Of a stretch of 64,000 bases of DNA, positions 28,053-38,314 are shown piece by piece (positions within the stretch are counted from its first letter, which is position 1; each line of letters begins with the position of its first letter). The position numbers and the translations under genes were made by a program. Below the pieces are notes generated by a model, which was not told the origin of the DNA, made no database searches, and saw only the letters and a list, made by a program, of their open reading frames with translations. The DNA is from Bacteroidota bacterium (GTDB taxonomy: Bacteria; Bacteroidota; Bacteroidia; Cytophagales; Spirosomataceae). The stretch is from the NCBI GenBank assembly GCA_046046955.1, contig JBJOIV010000002.1, forward strand, positions 1,102 to 65,101, given 5' to 3'.

Positions 28053-30665
28053 ATGCTAGCAAACATAAAAGCTAAATATACGCTGGCGAAAGCCTTGGTT
28101 CGATCGAAGCTTCAGGCTTTTGGCATGTTCCTGCTTGGCTTGCTGAAAAAGTTACTAGGAGAGCGTTTGTATAGCATTGTTATCGGCTATTCGGTCATGG
28201 GACAGGTATTTGTTCAAACCCAAGGTCGCAAAATTCAAGCCTATTACGATTCTAAAGTCGATAAGACCACGCCTTATTATAAGCCCATCGTAAAGGGCTA
28301 TAAAATCTTCGCTAAATCAGCTCTTTTTGTGTTGATCTACCTCTTAGTCATTGAGACCAATTTCTTCTTTTTAACAGGAGAAATGCCTAGCGTAGATGAT
28401 CTTCAGAATCCAAAATTGTCTCAGGCATCAGAGATTTATTCTGCGGATGGCGTGCTTTTAGGTAAGTTTTTTGCTGAAAACAGAACGCCGATTCGCGATT
28501 ATAATCAAATTTCACCCTATTTAGTGAAGGCTTTAGTGGCGACGGAAGATGCGCGTTTTTATGAGCATACGGGGATTGATTTTCAAGCCTGGGCTGGGGT
28601 TTTAGTGGGGATCGTAAAGGGGGGTGATCGTGGAGGTGGAAGTACGATTTCACAGCAATTAGCGAAGAATTTATTTAAGACGAGAACGAAGAAAGGATTC
28701 GTTAAAACGGGTCTTTTGGGTTATATCCCCGGCCTAAACAAGTTGATTTACAAGTCCAAAGAGTGGGTTACAGCCATCAAATTAGAGCGCTTTTACACGA
28801 AAGACGAGATTATTCTTTGGTACTTGAACACCGTTGATTACGGAAATAATGCATACGGAATTAAAGTGGCCTCTAAGACCTATTTCAATACGTCGCCAGA
28901 TAGCTTAAATATCCAAGAAGCAGCGATTTTAGTAGGGTTGCAAAAGGCAACGACGACCTATAATCCGAAGCGTTATGTGGGGAAACCTTTGGCAGAAAAT
29001 AAAGCCTGGAAGCGTAGAAACGTGGTTTTAGCCCAAATGGTGAAGGCAGGATACTTGCGTAAAGTGGATTATGATTCATTAGCTGTATTGCCGATTGAAC
29101 TGCACGAAAATGAAGAATCTCCTTACGATGGCACAGGTAATTATTTTAAAGTAGCGGTGGCTAAATACCTGAATGAATGGGCGGAGAAGAATGATATCGA
29201 ATTAGATCTGTACCGGGATGGCTTGAAGATTGTGACGACGATTGATTCCAAAATGCAGATTTATGCCGAGGAATCGGTAGAAGAAGGGATGCGTGCGACG
29301 CAAAAGAACTTTGATAATCATTGGGCAAACCAGAATCCTTGGGTAGGCGAAAATGGACAGGAAATCCCTGGATTCATCGATACTGTAGCTAAAAGAACTG
29401 AATATTATAAATACCTAGCGACTCGCTTCCCTAAAAATCCGGATTCGGTGAAACATTACATGAAGGATGTGAAGCGTGATATGTGGGTCTATTCCCGTAA
29501 TTCGATGGGGGAAGAAAAGCGGACCATGAGCTCGTACGATTCGATTCAATACTACAAAAAATTCTTACAAGCAGGTATGATGACCATGGATCCATTTACA
29601 GGTCACATTAAGGCCTGGGTGGGTGGTTTGGATTTTAAATACTTTAAATACGATCACGTAAAACAAGGTCGTCGTCAGCCAGGCTCTACTTTTAAGCCTT
29701 TCGTGTACACCTCTGCTATTGATGGCCCTAAAGACCTATCGCCTTGCTATATGATGCGCGATGAGCCATTTGAGATTGAGGTGGAGAATGCCAAAGGTGA
29801 AAAGGAAATGTGGCGTCCAGGCAATGCGAATGGTAGTTTCTCCATGAGAGAGATGCCGATTAAGCGTGCTTTGGCACAAAGTATAAACTCCGTTACTGCG
29901 CGTCTTACCAATGAAGTAGGTGCGGATACCGTGATGTATTATGCGAAAAAGATGGGCATTAAGAGTCCATTGAAGGCTGTAGCCTCTATCGGTTTAGGTT
30001 CTTTTGATGTGAATTTATTCGAGATGATCGGGGCTTATTCTGCTTTTGTAAATGAGGGAATGCACGTAGAGCCCATGTTAGTGCAAGAAATTAAGGATCA
30101 AAATGGGAAAGTATTGCAACGTTTTGACCCGACGATGGAGCAGGTGATTCGCAAGGAATCCGCTCAATTAGTTCGCTACATGTTAGAGGGTGTCATTCAC
30201 GAAAGTGGTACAGGTAGTTCTTTATTATATGGTGAGGGAGATATCTTATTACCGAAAGAAAATCGCTATGCACGTGTTTTTGCGGGTAAAACAGGAACCA
30301 CTTCGAATCACTCGGATGGTTGGTTTATCGGGATGTCGCATAATTTGATTTCGGGAGTTTGGGTAGGAGGAGATGATCGATCGATTCACTTTAGGACGGG
30401 TGCCTTAGGTGAGGGTTCTAAAACAGCTTTGCCTATCTTTAAGCGTTTCATGATTAAGGTGGTGAAGGATCCATTGCTAGCACAATACCGTCCGCAACCT
30501 TTCGAAAAATTAGATAGACGAGTTGTAAAGAAGGATTTCGATTGTTCGAATGGTTCGTATGCTTTACCTGATTCGCTTCAAGTTTCTGATTCCGAGTTAG
30601 ACTCGATGAATGCCTTGTTAGAACAAAATGCACAGCCTGCGGATTCGACGGGTTCCCCTCAGTAA
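28053..30665 (+). CDS. Penicillin-binding protein 1A (transglycosylase/transpeptidase)
   Basis: EDARF, GGSTISQQLAKN, GSTFK, SIN and KTGT motifs. Confidence 0.95.
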   Translation: MLANIKAKYTLAKALVRSKLQAFGMFLLGLLKKLLGERLYSIVIGYSVMGQVFVQTQGRKIQAYYDSKVDKTTPYYKPIVKGYKIFAKSALFVLIYLLVIETNFFFLTGEMPSVDDLQNPKLSQASEIYSADGVLLGKFFAENRTPIRDYNQISPYLVKALVATEDARFYEHTGIDFQAWAGVLVGIVKGGDRGGGSTISQQLAKNLFKTRTKKGFVKTGLLGYIPGLNKLIYKSKEWVTAIKLERFYTKDEIILWYLNTVDYGNNAYGIKVASKTYFNTSPDSLNIQEAAILVGLQKATTTYNPKRYVGKPLAENKAWKRRNVVLAQMVKAGYLRKVDYDSLAVLPIELHENEESPYDGTGNYFKVAVAKYLNEWAEKNDIELDLYRDGLKIVTTIDSKMQIYAEESVEEGMRATQKNFDNHWANQNPWVGENGQEIPGFIDTVAKRTEYYKYLATRFPKNPDSVKHYMKDVKRDMWVYSRNSMGEEKRTMSSYDSIQYYKKFLQAGMMTMDPFTGHIKAWVGGLDFKYFKYDHVKQGRRQPGSTFKPFVYTSAIDGPKDLSPCYMMRDEPFEIEVENAKGEKEMWRPGNANGSFSMREMPIKRALAQSINSVTARLTNEVGADTVMYYAKKMGIKSPLKAVASIGLGSFDVNLFEMIGAYSAFVNEGMHVEPMLVQEIKDQNGKVLQRFDPTMEQVIRKESAQLVRYMLEGVIHESGTGSSLLYGEGDILLPKENRYARVFAGKTGTTSNHSDGWFIGMSHNLISGVWVGGDDRSIHFRTGALGEGSKTALPIFKRFMIKVVKDPLLAQYRPQPFEKLDRRVVKKDFDCSNGSYALPDSLQVSDSELDSMNALLEQNAQPADSTGSPQ

Positions 30666-30666
30666 A

Positions 30667-31548
30667 ATGGATAAACATACAATTGCGGCCTATTTTCAAG
30701 GCTTACAGGATCGAATTTGTGCAGGTATTTCCGCAACTGACGGTGGAGCTTCCTTCAAGGAAGACCAATGGCAGCGTCCGGAGGGCGGTGGCGGTAGATC
30801 CCGCGTTTTAGCTAAAGGTGCCATTTTAGAAAAAGCAGGTGTTAATTTTTCAGCAGTAGAAGGCCCACTTCATCCGAAGATGGTAACTAGTTTGAACGTG
30901 ACCGAAGAGGTGGAGTTCTTTGCGACAGGTGTCTCGATTGTAATGCATCCAGAGAATCCATGGGTTCCTATCATTCACATGAATGTGCGGTATTTTGAAT
31001 TGAGTAACGGGGAGTTTTGGTTCGGTGGAGGAATTGATTTAACCCCGCACATCATCATTCCAGAGCAAGCGAAGTGGTTTCATGAGCAATTAAAGGCGGT
31101 TTGTGATCGTTTCGATTCTAGCTATTACCCGATGTACAAGAACTGGGCAGATGATTATTTCTACAGCCCACACCGGGAAGAGACGCGAGGAATCGGAGGA
31201 GTCTTTTTTGATTATATCAAAGGGGATAAGGAAACGGCGTTTGAGTTTGTCAAAGCTGTAGGAGAAGCCTTCGAACCCATTTACAGTCATTTGATGCGTT
31301 TAAATGCGTCGAAGGAATACACGCAAGTAGAAAAGGAGTTTCAATATATTCGCAGAGGTCGCTATGTAGAGTTTAATTTAGTGCACGACCGGGGAACGAA
31401 ATTTGGACTTGAAACGAACGGAAGAACTGAATCTATTTTGATGAGTATGCCCCCAATGGCTGCCTGGGAATACATGTACGATCCACAGGTCTTTCCAGAA
31501 GGTCAAAAAACCTTCGATTTATTGAAAAAAGGAATTAATTGGATATAA
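30667..31548 (+). CDS. hemF: Oxygen-dependent coproporphyrinogen III oxidase
   Basis: EKAGVNFS, HMNVRYF, WFGGG.DLTP and RRGRYVEFNL motifs. Confidence 0.97.
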   Translation: MDKHTIAAYFQGLQDRICAGISATDGGASFKEDQWQRPEGGGGRSRVLAKGAILEKAGVNFSAVEGPLHPKMVTSLNVTEEVEFFATGVSIVMHPENPWVPIIHMNVRYFELSNGEFWFGGGIDLTPHIIIPEQAKWFHEQLKAVCDRFDSSYYPMYKNWADDYFYSPHREETRGIGGVFFDYIKGDKETAFEFVKAVGEAFEPIYSHLMRLNASKEYTQVEKEFQYIRRGRYVEFNLVHDRGTKFGLETNGRTESILMSMPPMAAWEYMYDPQVFPEGQKTFDLLKKGINWI

Positions 31549-31576
31549 AAAAAGGGGCTTCGAAATGCCCCTTTTT
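31547..31576. terminator. Bidirectional intrinsic terminator
   Basis: AAAAAGGGGC..GCCCCTTTTT between convergent genes. Confidence 0.8.
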
Positions 31577-31593
31577 ACTTAATACAAGGTCAT

Positions 31594-31992
31594 TTATTCT
31601 GCTTCCCAAACAATGTCAATGCCCTTAGGGGTCATCAACAAAACGCGGGTGGGAGCGGGTAGTAACACTAAGCGGGCATTTGCCACGGGATCTTCGATCC
31701 ATTCTACTTCAACTCCTTCTTTTTTACCAATTTCGATTTCACCATCTTCTGTCTCTACGAATTTCTTTGCTAAATAAGCCGTAGGCAGTAATACATCTGA
31801 TTCTGGGCAGTGTTTTAAGTGTACCTTTTCCAAGATATCCTCTAATTGATCACCGTATTTCTCGTTGAAATCGTCCTCTAAATCGTGTAGCATCTCTTCT
31901 ACATCATCATACGTATCATCCGAGTAATTTAATTTGCTCAATTCTAATCGCTTTTCTAAAATGGCGATCATCGCCTCGTCAATCGTATTCAT
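31594..31992 (-). CDS. Acidic hypothetical protein
   Basis: 132-aa ORF downstream of menC on the same strand. Confidence 0.75.
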   Translation of the reverse strand: MNTIDEAMIAILEKRLELSKLNYSDDTYDDVEEMLHDLEDDFNEKYGDQLEDILEKVHLKHCPESDVLLPTAYLAKKFVETEDGEIEIGKKEGVEVEWIEDPVANARLVLLPAPTRVLLMTPKGIDIVWEAE

Positions 31993-32009
31993 AAGGATTC
32001 GTTTAATTT

Positions 32010-33059
32010 TTACAAAGATAAGTTTTGAAAAGGAGATTCCCTTGGAATTGTCGGGTCAAAACTGATATTTCCTTTCTCAATCGATAGTCCAGATCTAAAA
32101 TTATTTGTGTACAATTGGCCCGTTCCTAAACCTTGAGGAATTTTCACTTCATAATCCCCCGTTAATTGGGCGATGGCTTGAAGACCGATATTGGATTCCA
32201 AAGCAGACGTAATCCACCATTCTTTCCCATTTTTGGAAGCCCAATCAATCCAATCCCGAGTGGCTTGAATGCCACCGACGAAACTCGGTTTCAAAATAAT
32301 AAAGTCGGGGTTGATGTAGGAGGCAATTGATTTGTCCTTCATCCCGATTAGTTCCTCATCTAAGGCGATGGGAAGTATTTGCTGGGCCACCAGCTTTTTC
32401 ATTTCCTCCGGTTGGCCTGCTTTGATGGGCTGTTCGATGGAATGCAAGTCGTAGGCGGCTAGTTTTTCTAGTTTAAAAGGGGCTTCTGCTGGGGAGAAGG
32501 CTCCATTTGCATCAACGCGTAAGGTCAGCTCTTTAGCAGAAAAGCGGGATCGAATGCTTTTTAATAGGGATAGTTCAGTCTCAAAATCAATAGCTCCTAT
32601 TTTTAACTTCAAACAGGAATAGCCTTGTTGTAGTTTTTGCTCGATTTGCTCGCGCATAAAATTGGCTTTTCCCATCCAAATCAGGCCATTGATGGGTATA
32701 GTTGCTGAACCTTTGGCAAAATCATTCGTGAATGGCTTTTGTAAATCAAGTAGGGCAGTCTCTAAAGCAAAGCGAAAGGAGGGTTGCTCGAAAGGGATTT
32801 CAGCGATTAGTTCGGAAATCTCTGAGGACGATTCAAGCCCTTGAAAAGGGGATAGACTCTTGACGAAGGCAGGTAAGCAATCATCCTGAAATTCTGGACT
32901 CAGCCCAAACAAAGGGCCAGCTTCTCCGATGCCCACCCGATTTCCATCCGAGATTTCCACTAAATAGGATTTCTTCTTCGTCAGAACACCTCTAGAGGTG
33001 CCTGCCTCGAAATGAAATTGAAGCTCGTGGGGGAGGAATCGTAGACTGATTTTTGACAT
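32010..33059 (-). CDS. menC: o-Succinylbenzoate synthase (enolase superfamily)
   Basis: KLKIG, RVDANGAF, IEQPI, ALDEEL and SALESNIGL motifs. Confidence 0.9.
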   Translation of the reverse strand: MSKISLRFLPHELQFHFEAGTSRGVLTKKKSYLVEISDGNRVGIGEAGPLFGLSPEFQDDCLPAFVKSLSPFQGLESSSEISELIAEIPFEQPSFRFALETALLDLQKPFTNDFAKGSATIPINGLIWMGKANFMREQIEQKLQQGYSCLKLKIGAIDFETELSLLKSIRSRFSAKELTLRVDANGAFSPAEAPFKLEKLAAYDLHSIEQPIKAGQPEEMKKLVAQQILPIALDEELIGMKDKSIASYINPDFIILKPSFVGGIQATRDWIDWASKNGKEWWITSALESNIGLQAIAQLTGDYEVKIPQGLGTGQLYTNNFRSGLSIEKGNISFDPTIPRESPFQNLSL

Positions 33060-33127
33060 GATGCAATTTATTATTTTCTATTCGATTTTGTGCCCTCCCG
33101 TATTATTTTTAGCTTTAAGGTTATTAT

Positions 33128-34132
33128 ATGAAGCAGACAATTACCTTTCTTCCTTCCTTGCTTTTTGGGTTAATTACCTGGGTACGAAATAAACTTTTCG
33201 ACTGGGGAATTTTGCCGTCTAGGTCTTTTGAAAAACCTCGAATTATTGTGGTGGGAAACCTGGCAGTGGGTGGAACGGGTAAGAGTCCCTTGGTGGCCTA
33301 TTTGGTTAAGAATTGGCGTGGAGGAGATCGTTTAGGGATTTTAAGTCGAGGTTATGGTCGAAAGACGAAAGGGTATATCGAGGTAAATGGGCAATCGAGT
33401 GCGGAGGAAGTGGGTGATGAGCCATTGGCCTACAAAAGTTTATTCCCTGAACTACCAGTGGTAGTTTGTGAAAAACGAACCGAGGGAGTCGAAAAGATGC
33501 CAGAAGTGGATGTTTTATTATTAGATGATGCTTTCCAACATCGTTCTTTGAAAAGTTCGGTGAATTTGGTTTGCTCCACATTTGCACAACCCTTTTACCA
33601 AGATTCTTTGATGCCTCATGGTCGTTTAAGAGAGTCTGCTAAAGGAATAGAAAGAGCAGATGCAGTCATTGTGACGCGTTGTCCATCTATTTTAACGAAG
33701 GAGCAAAAGTCGAATTTTGCACAAGGTGTATTGCGAAATTCGAAAGAAGAAAAACCTATTTTTTATACGTGTGTTCGCTATGGTAAGCCAGTGGGCCCAC
33801 GGGAGCATTTGCCTTCTAAATGGGCTTTATTCGCAGGAATAGCAGATCCTAAGCCCTTTTTTACGTATGCCTCTTCTTTAGGCCAAATCCAAGAAGAAGT
33901 AATTTATGGAGATCACCACCGTTTTACGGAGGTGGAATTATTAGAATTAGAGCAGCAAGCAAAAACGATGGCAGGGGATGAGGGATTTTTGACGACCCAC
34001 AAGGATTTTGTGCGCTTGCAATCGCACCTGAGTCAATTACCTAACTTAGGGAATCATTTATATTACCTACCGATGGAAATGTATTTCATCGATCAAGAAG
34101 AACAGTTTTGGGACTGGTTGGGAAAAAATTAA
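33128..34132 (+). CDS. lpxK: Tetraacyldisaccharide 4'-kinase
   Basis: VGNLAVGGTGKSP, LSRGYGR, GDEP and LDDAFQHR motifs. Confidence 0.96.
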   Translation: MKQTITFLPSLLFGLITWVRNKLFDWGILPSRSFEKPRIIVVGNLAVGGTGKSPLVAYLVKNWRGGDRLGILSRGYGRKTKGYIEVNGQSSAEEVGDEPLAYKSLFPELPVVVCEKRTEGVEKMPEVDVLLLDDAFQHRSLKSSVNLVCSTFAQPFYQDSLMPHGRLRESAKGIERADAVIVTRCPSILTKEQKSNFAQGVLRNSKEEKPIFYTCVRYGKPVGPREHLPSKWALFAGIADPKPFFTYASSLGQIQEEVIYGDHHRFTEVELLELEQQAKTMAGDEGFLTTHKDFVRLQSHLSQLPNLGNHLYYLPMEMYFIDQEEQFWDWLGKN

Positions 34133-34141
34133 TTTTGTAGC

Positions 34142-36088
34142 GTGAAGTGTAAACTGGTTTTATTTCTTGTTTTATTAGGTATTTCACCTGTTTTTGGGCA
34201 GACCTTGCAGTCAGCTGGGGGGAATCGGAATGACTTTCCGGATCCTATGGCGCCTAAAGATCCGAACGCGCCTAAGTCTGTATCGAATGGGAAGTCAGGT
34301 CGAGCGGCTTTGGACGACTCCACTAAACAAGTTTATGGCCCCCAAACCATGTCCTATTCGCTAGTGGAAGATGTGTTAAACGGACGCGGTGTAAAGAAAT
34401 CGGTTGACACGAGTTTACACCTATTTCACCGGTATTTATTCCAAGAAAGATCCGGGTTTTTAATCGCTCATTTAGGAAATGAAGGCACGGCAGTCAGAAA
34501 TATCTTTATAAAGAAACCAGATCAAATAGGCACTCAGATGGGTTATAATGTCTATATGCCGTATGCCTTTGCGACAGACGAGGTTAAATACTACCAAACG
34601 AAATCACCTTATTCGGATGTAGAATATTACTTAGGAGCAGGGGGCCAAACCCGGTTAAACTTCACCTTAGCTCGAAATATTGACTCCCTTTGGAATATGG
34701 GATTCGAGATTCAGCGACAGGTTTCGGATAAGTTTTTAACAGATCAGAAATATAAATCCGGGAATCAGACGCTTACGGAACAGTGGGGAGTCTTGTTTCA
34801 GACGAATTTCAGAACCCGAAATAACCGCTACCGTTTGTTATCCCACCTGAATTATTTCGATATGGGTATTCAGGATCAAGGCGGAGTTCAATTATTAAAT
34901 GGCTTAGATCCGACGACTGCGTTGAAGTACACGGATAATGGGGCCCTTTTTTCGAGTGCAGGTGCTCAATCAAATGATTCCTTTCTTAAATTCCATTTTT
35001 ACCACGAGTTCATTGGATTTAAAGGCTTGCAGTTTTTCCAACGGGTGGATGTAGAAAATCGGGCGGCGAAATTCAAGGACATGAATTTTGTGACTAATCT
35101 CTCGAATTCCTATTACCCTAAAAATTACGGGACCCAGACGGATTCCTTGTACAACGAAAATCAATGGCAGTCCTATTCACATCAAACAGGTTTCAAAGGA
35201 ATCTTTAGAGGTTTTACCTACCGTACCTATTTCAAACAGCGGTATTGGGACTTGAATAATCCGATGGCTGGTTCTCGAAGAAATCGCTTAGAAAATTATG
35301 TGGGCTTGTTTCTGCAGCAGAAGTTTAATGATAAAATTGATTTTACAGCGGATGGAGAATACCTGTTAGGTTCCGACTATCGCTTGCAAGCTAATTTTAG
35401 TTCGCCCTTCTTTCAAGTGAAGGCCAGTCGGACTTCTATCAGTCCTTCTATGGCCCAGAATTGGACAAATAATGCGGCCTTTCGCTGGGACCAATCGTTG
35501 TCGAATGTGTCCTTTGATGAACTGTCCGGAAGTTTAGACTTTCATACGAAGCTGGTCTATTTCCGCCCTACGGCAACGATACAGCGGATATCGAATTATG
35601 TTTATTTCGATACCTTGGCCACTGCGAAACAAACATCAGAGGGGATTGGGGTATTTAGAACGGGATTTTCAGCTGGCGGGACGTTTAAACGCTTTGAATG
35701 GTCTACGTTGGTCTTAGCGAACACGAAAACCGGACCAGATGTCATTCGGATGCCTAGTTTAGTGGCGAGTGCAAACCTGGCGTTAAATGTGCAGTACAAA
35801 AAATTATTGTATATGCAGTTTGGGATAGATGTACAGCATCAATCCGCTTATTATGCGGATGCGTATATGCCTACCATTCAGCAATATCATTTGCAAGATC
35901 GCTACGAGATTCCGGCCTTTGTTCAAGCGGATGCTTACGTGACTTTACGAATTAATCGGGTTCGCCTTTTCTTTAAGATGCAGAATGTATCGCAAGGATT
36001 GTTAAATTCGAATTACTATACAGCTTACTTACATCAGGCGATGCCTCGTTCTTTCGGTTATGGTGTTCGTTGGCTATTATTTGATTAA
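34142..36088 (+). CDS. Putative outer-membrane porin
   Basis: Signal peptide, beta-strand-rich body and C-terminal GVRWLLFD. Confidence 0.8.
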   Translation: MKCKLVLFLVLLGISPVFGQTLQSAGGNRNDFPDPMAPKDPNAPKSVSNGKSGRAALDDSTKQVYGPQTMSYSLVEDVLNGRGVKKSVDTSLHLFHRYLFQERSGFLIAHLGNEGTAVRNIFIKKPDQIGTQMGYNVYMPYAFATDEVKYYQTKSPYSDVEYYLGAGGQTRLNFTLARNIDSLWNMGFEIQRQVSDKFLTDQKYKSGNQTLTEQWGVLFQTNFRTRNNRYRLLSHLNYFDMGIQDQGGVQLLNGLDPTTALKYTDNGALFSSAGAQSNDSFLKFHFYHEFIGFKGLQFFQRVDVENRAAKFKDMNFVTNLSNSYYPKNYGTQTDSLYNENQWQSYSHQTGFKGIFRGFTYRTYFKQRYWDLNNPMAGSRRNRLENYVGLFLQQKFNDKIDFTADGEYLLGSDYRLQANFSSPFFQVKASRTSISPSMAQNWTNNAAFRWDQSLSNVSFDELSGSLDFHTKLVYFRPTATIQRISNYVYFDTLATAKQTSEGIGVFRTGFSAGGTFKRFEWSTLVLANTKTGPDVIRMPSLVASANLALNVQYKKLLYMQFGIDVQHQSAYYADAYMPTIQQYHLQDRYEIPAFVQADAYVTLRINRVRLFFKMQNVSQGLLNSNYYTAYLHQAMPRSFGYGVRWLLFD

Positions 36089-36110
36089 ATTATTAAACCT
36101 AGATAAAATT

Positions 36111-36599
36111 ATGACAACTATTTCACGCCGGAGTTGGGTGAAAGGAATGGCACTGGCTACCTTAGGCAGTGTTGTTTTTACCGACTTAAAAGCAGCTGAT
36201 GCACCTGCAATTCAGTGGAGTGCAGATCAAGAAGCCTTATTGAAAAATTGGATGGGAGTAATTATTCCAGAATCCAGCATACCTGGAGCGGTCTCTTTAG
36301 GAGTTCCCTCTTTTGTGAAAGTTATGCTTCGCGATTGTTATGAGCTTAAAACGTCTGAGAATTTAACGAATGCTTTGGCTGCTCTGCCTTCGATAGAAAA
36401 GATGTCTGAGTCAGAGAAGGAAGCGTTATTTTTCCAAATCGAACAGGGTAAAATGGGTTCAGACGCGCAAAAAGCGATGAAAACATTGAAAGGACTTACT
36501 ATTCAAGGGTATATGTCTACGGAGTATGTGATGGTCAATCACTTGAATTATGTGATGGCACCAGGATTTTTCAATGGCTGTGAACCTCTTAAAAAATAA
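36111..36599 (+). CDS. Gluconate 2-dehydrogenase subunit 3 family (Tat-exported)
   Basis: SRRSWVK Tat motif, IIP...PGA and GY.STE; lies upstream of a GMC oxidoreductase. Confidence 0.85.
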   Translation: MTTISRRSWVKGMALATLGSVVFTDLKAADAPAIQWSADQEALLKNWMGVIIPESSIPGAVSLGVPSFVKVMLRDCYELKTSENLTNALAALPSIEKMSESEKEALFFQIEQGKMGSDAQKAMKTLKGLTIQGYMSTEYVMVNHLNYVMAPGFFNGCEPLKK

Positions 36600-36607
36600 A
36601 CCTACGT

Positions 36608-38314
36608 ATGAATATTTTAACTAACGCGGAGAAACGTACGTATGGAGCGATTGTCATCGGTTCAGGTATGGCGGGCGGCTGGGCTGCTAAAGAATTTTGT
36701 GATAAAGGAATTAAGACTTTGGTGCTGGAAAGAGGCCGCAAAGTAACGCATAATGAAGATTATCCGACGACGTTGATGAGCCCTTGGGAATTTGAACACC
36801 GGGGTCAATTAACGAAACAAGAGATAGACGAGAATCCAACCATATCGAAGTGTTATGCTTTCCGCGAGGATGCGAAGCACTTTTTTGTGAAAGATAAGGA
36901 GCATCCCTACATTCAGGATAAGCCATTCGATTGGATTAGAGGATACCAAACAGGGGGTAAATCGCTCTTATGGGCGCGCCAAACACAGCGTTGGTCTCAG
37001 TTGGATTTTGATGGTCCTGCACGCGATGGATTTGCGGTGCCTTGGCCCATCACCTATAAGGAAATAGATCCTTGGTATTCCTACGTGGAGCATTTTGCGG
37101 GTATATCAGGAAATAAAGATGGGTTAGATTCCTTGCCGGATGGTGATTTCTTGCCACCGATGGAATTAACCTGCGTAGAGAAGCATTTCCAAAAAGAAAT
37201 GAAGCGCTTGTATTCCGATCGTCACGTGATTATCGGTCGTTGTGCGCATTTAACGGAGCCTCGTGATATTCATATCCAACAAGGTCGTGGAACCTGTTTA
37301 GGTCGTAATTTATGCCAAAGAGGCTGCCCTTACGGCGGTTATTTCAGCGCTAACTCATCTACTTTACCTTGGGCTGCGAAGACCGGAAATATGACGCTGA
37401 GAACTGATTCGGTAGTTCATTCCATCATTTACGATGAGCAAAAACAAAAAGCAGTAGGGGTACGTGTAGTTGATGCTCATACAAAAGAGATGGTAGAGTA
37501 CTATGCGAAGGTGATTTTCGTGACGGCTGCGGCATTAAATACCAATTTAATCTTGTTGAATTCGAAGTCATCTCGATTCCCGAATGGACTAGGTAACGAC
37601 AGCGGTCTTTTAGGAACGCACGTGGCTTTCCATAATTACCGTGCCTCACTTTCAGCAGAGTATGAAGGATATTTAGATTATAAGACATCCGGAGGTCGTC
37701 CAAATTCAGGCTATATCCCTCGTTTTAGAAATTTATACAAGCAAGAAACGAATTTCCTTCGTGGATATGCAGCTGGTATGAGCGGTGGAAGAGGAACGCA
37801 TGCGGACCAAAGTGCCGTAGGCGAAAGTCTAAAGAATTCCTTATTGAACCCGAAATGGTCGAATTGGTACGCTGGTTCGCACATGATGGGAGAGACGATT
37901 CCGAAGGAAAGTAATAAAGTGACTTTGGACGCCACTAAAAAGGATGACTGGGGCATGCCATTATTGCATATGGATGTCAGCTACGATAATAACGATGATT
38001 TGATGGTCAAAGATTTTATCGATCAGTTCACCGAAATGTATGAAAAGGCAGGTTTCAAGAATATCAAAACTCGTGATTCACATGCACCAGCTGGTTTAGA
38101 CATCCACGAAATGGGAGGAGTTCGGATGGGTTCAGATCCAAAGACTTCTTTATTGAATAAGTGGAATCAAATGCACCACGTGAAGAATGTGTTTGTGACG
38201 GACGGAGCTTGTATGACATCGACGTCTACCCAAAACCCATCCCTAACTTACATGGCCTTCACAGCACGCGCGGTGGATTATGCGGTGAAAGAAATGAAGA
38301 AAGGAAACATCTAA
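36608..38314 (+). CDS. GMC-family oxidoreductase (sugar/glycoside dehydrogenase flavoprotein)
   Basis: IGSGMAGG, C..RNLCQRGCP, HEMGGVRMG and NPSLTYMA motifs. Confidence 0.93.
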   Translation: MNILTNAEKRTYGAIVIGSGMAGGWAAKEFCDKGIKTLVLERGRKVTHNEDYPTTLMSPWEFEHRGQLTKQEIDENPTISKCYAFREDAKHFFVKDKEHPYIQDKPFDWIRGYQTGGKSLLWARQTQRWSQLDFDGPARDGFAVPWPITYKEIDPWYSYVEHFAGISGNKDGLDSLPDGDFLPPMELTCVEKHFQKEMKRLYSDRHVIIGRCAHLTEPRDIHIQQGRGTCLGRNLCQRGCPYGGYFSANSSTLPWAAKTGNMTLRTDSVVHSIIYDEQKQKAVGVRVVDAHTKEMVEYYAKVIFVTAAALNTNLILLNSKSSRFPNGLGNDSGLLGTHVAFHNYRASLSAEYEGYLDYKTSGGRPNSGYIPRFRNLYKQETNFLRGYAAGMSGGRGTHADQSAVGESLKNSLLNPKWSNWYAGSHMMGETIPKESNKVTLDATKKDDWGMPLLHMDVSYDNNDDLMVKDFIDQFTEMYEKAGFKNIKTRDSHAPAGLDIHEMGGVRMGSDPKTSLLNKWNQMHHVKNVFVTDGACMTSTSTQNPSLTYMAFTARAVDYAVKEMKKGNI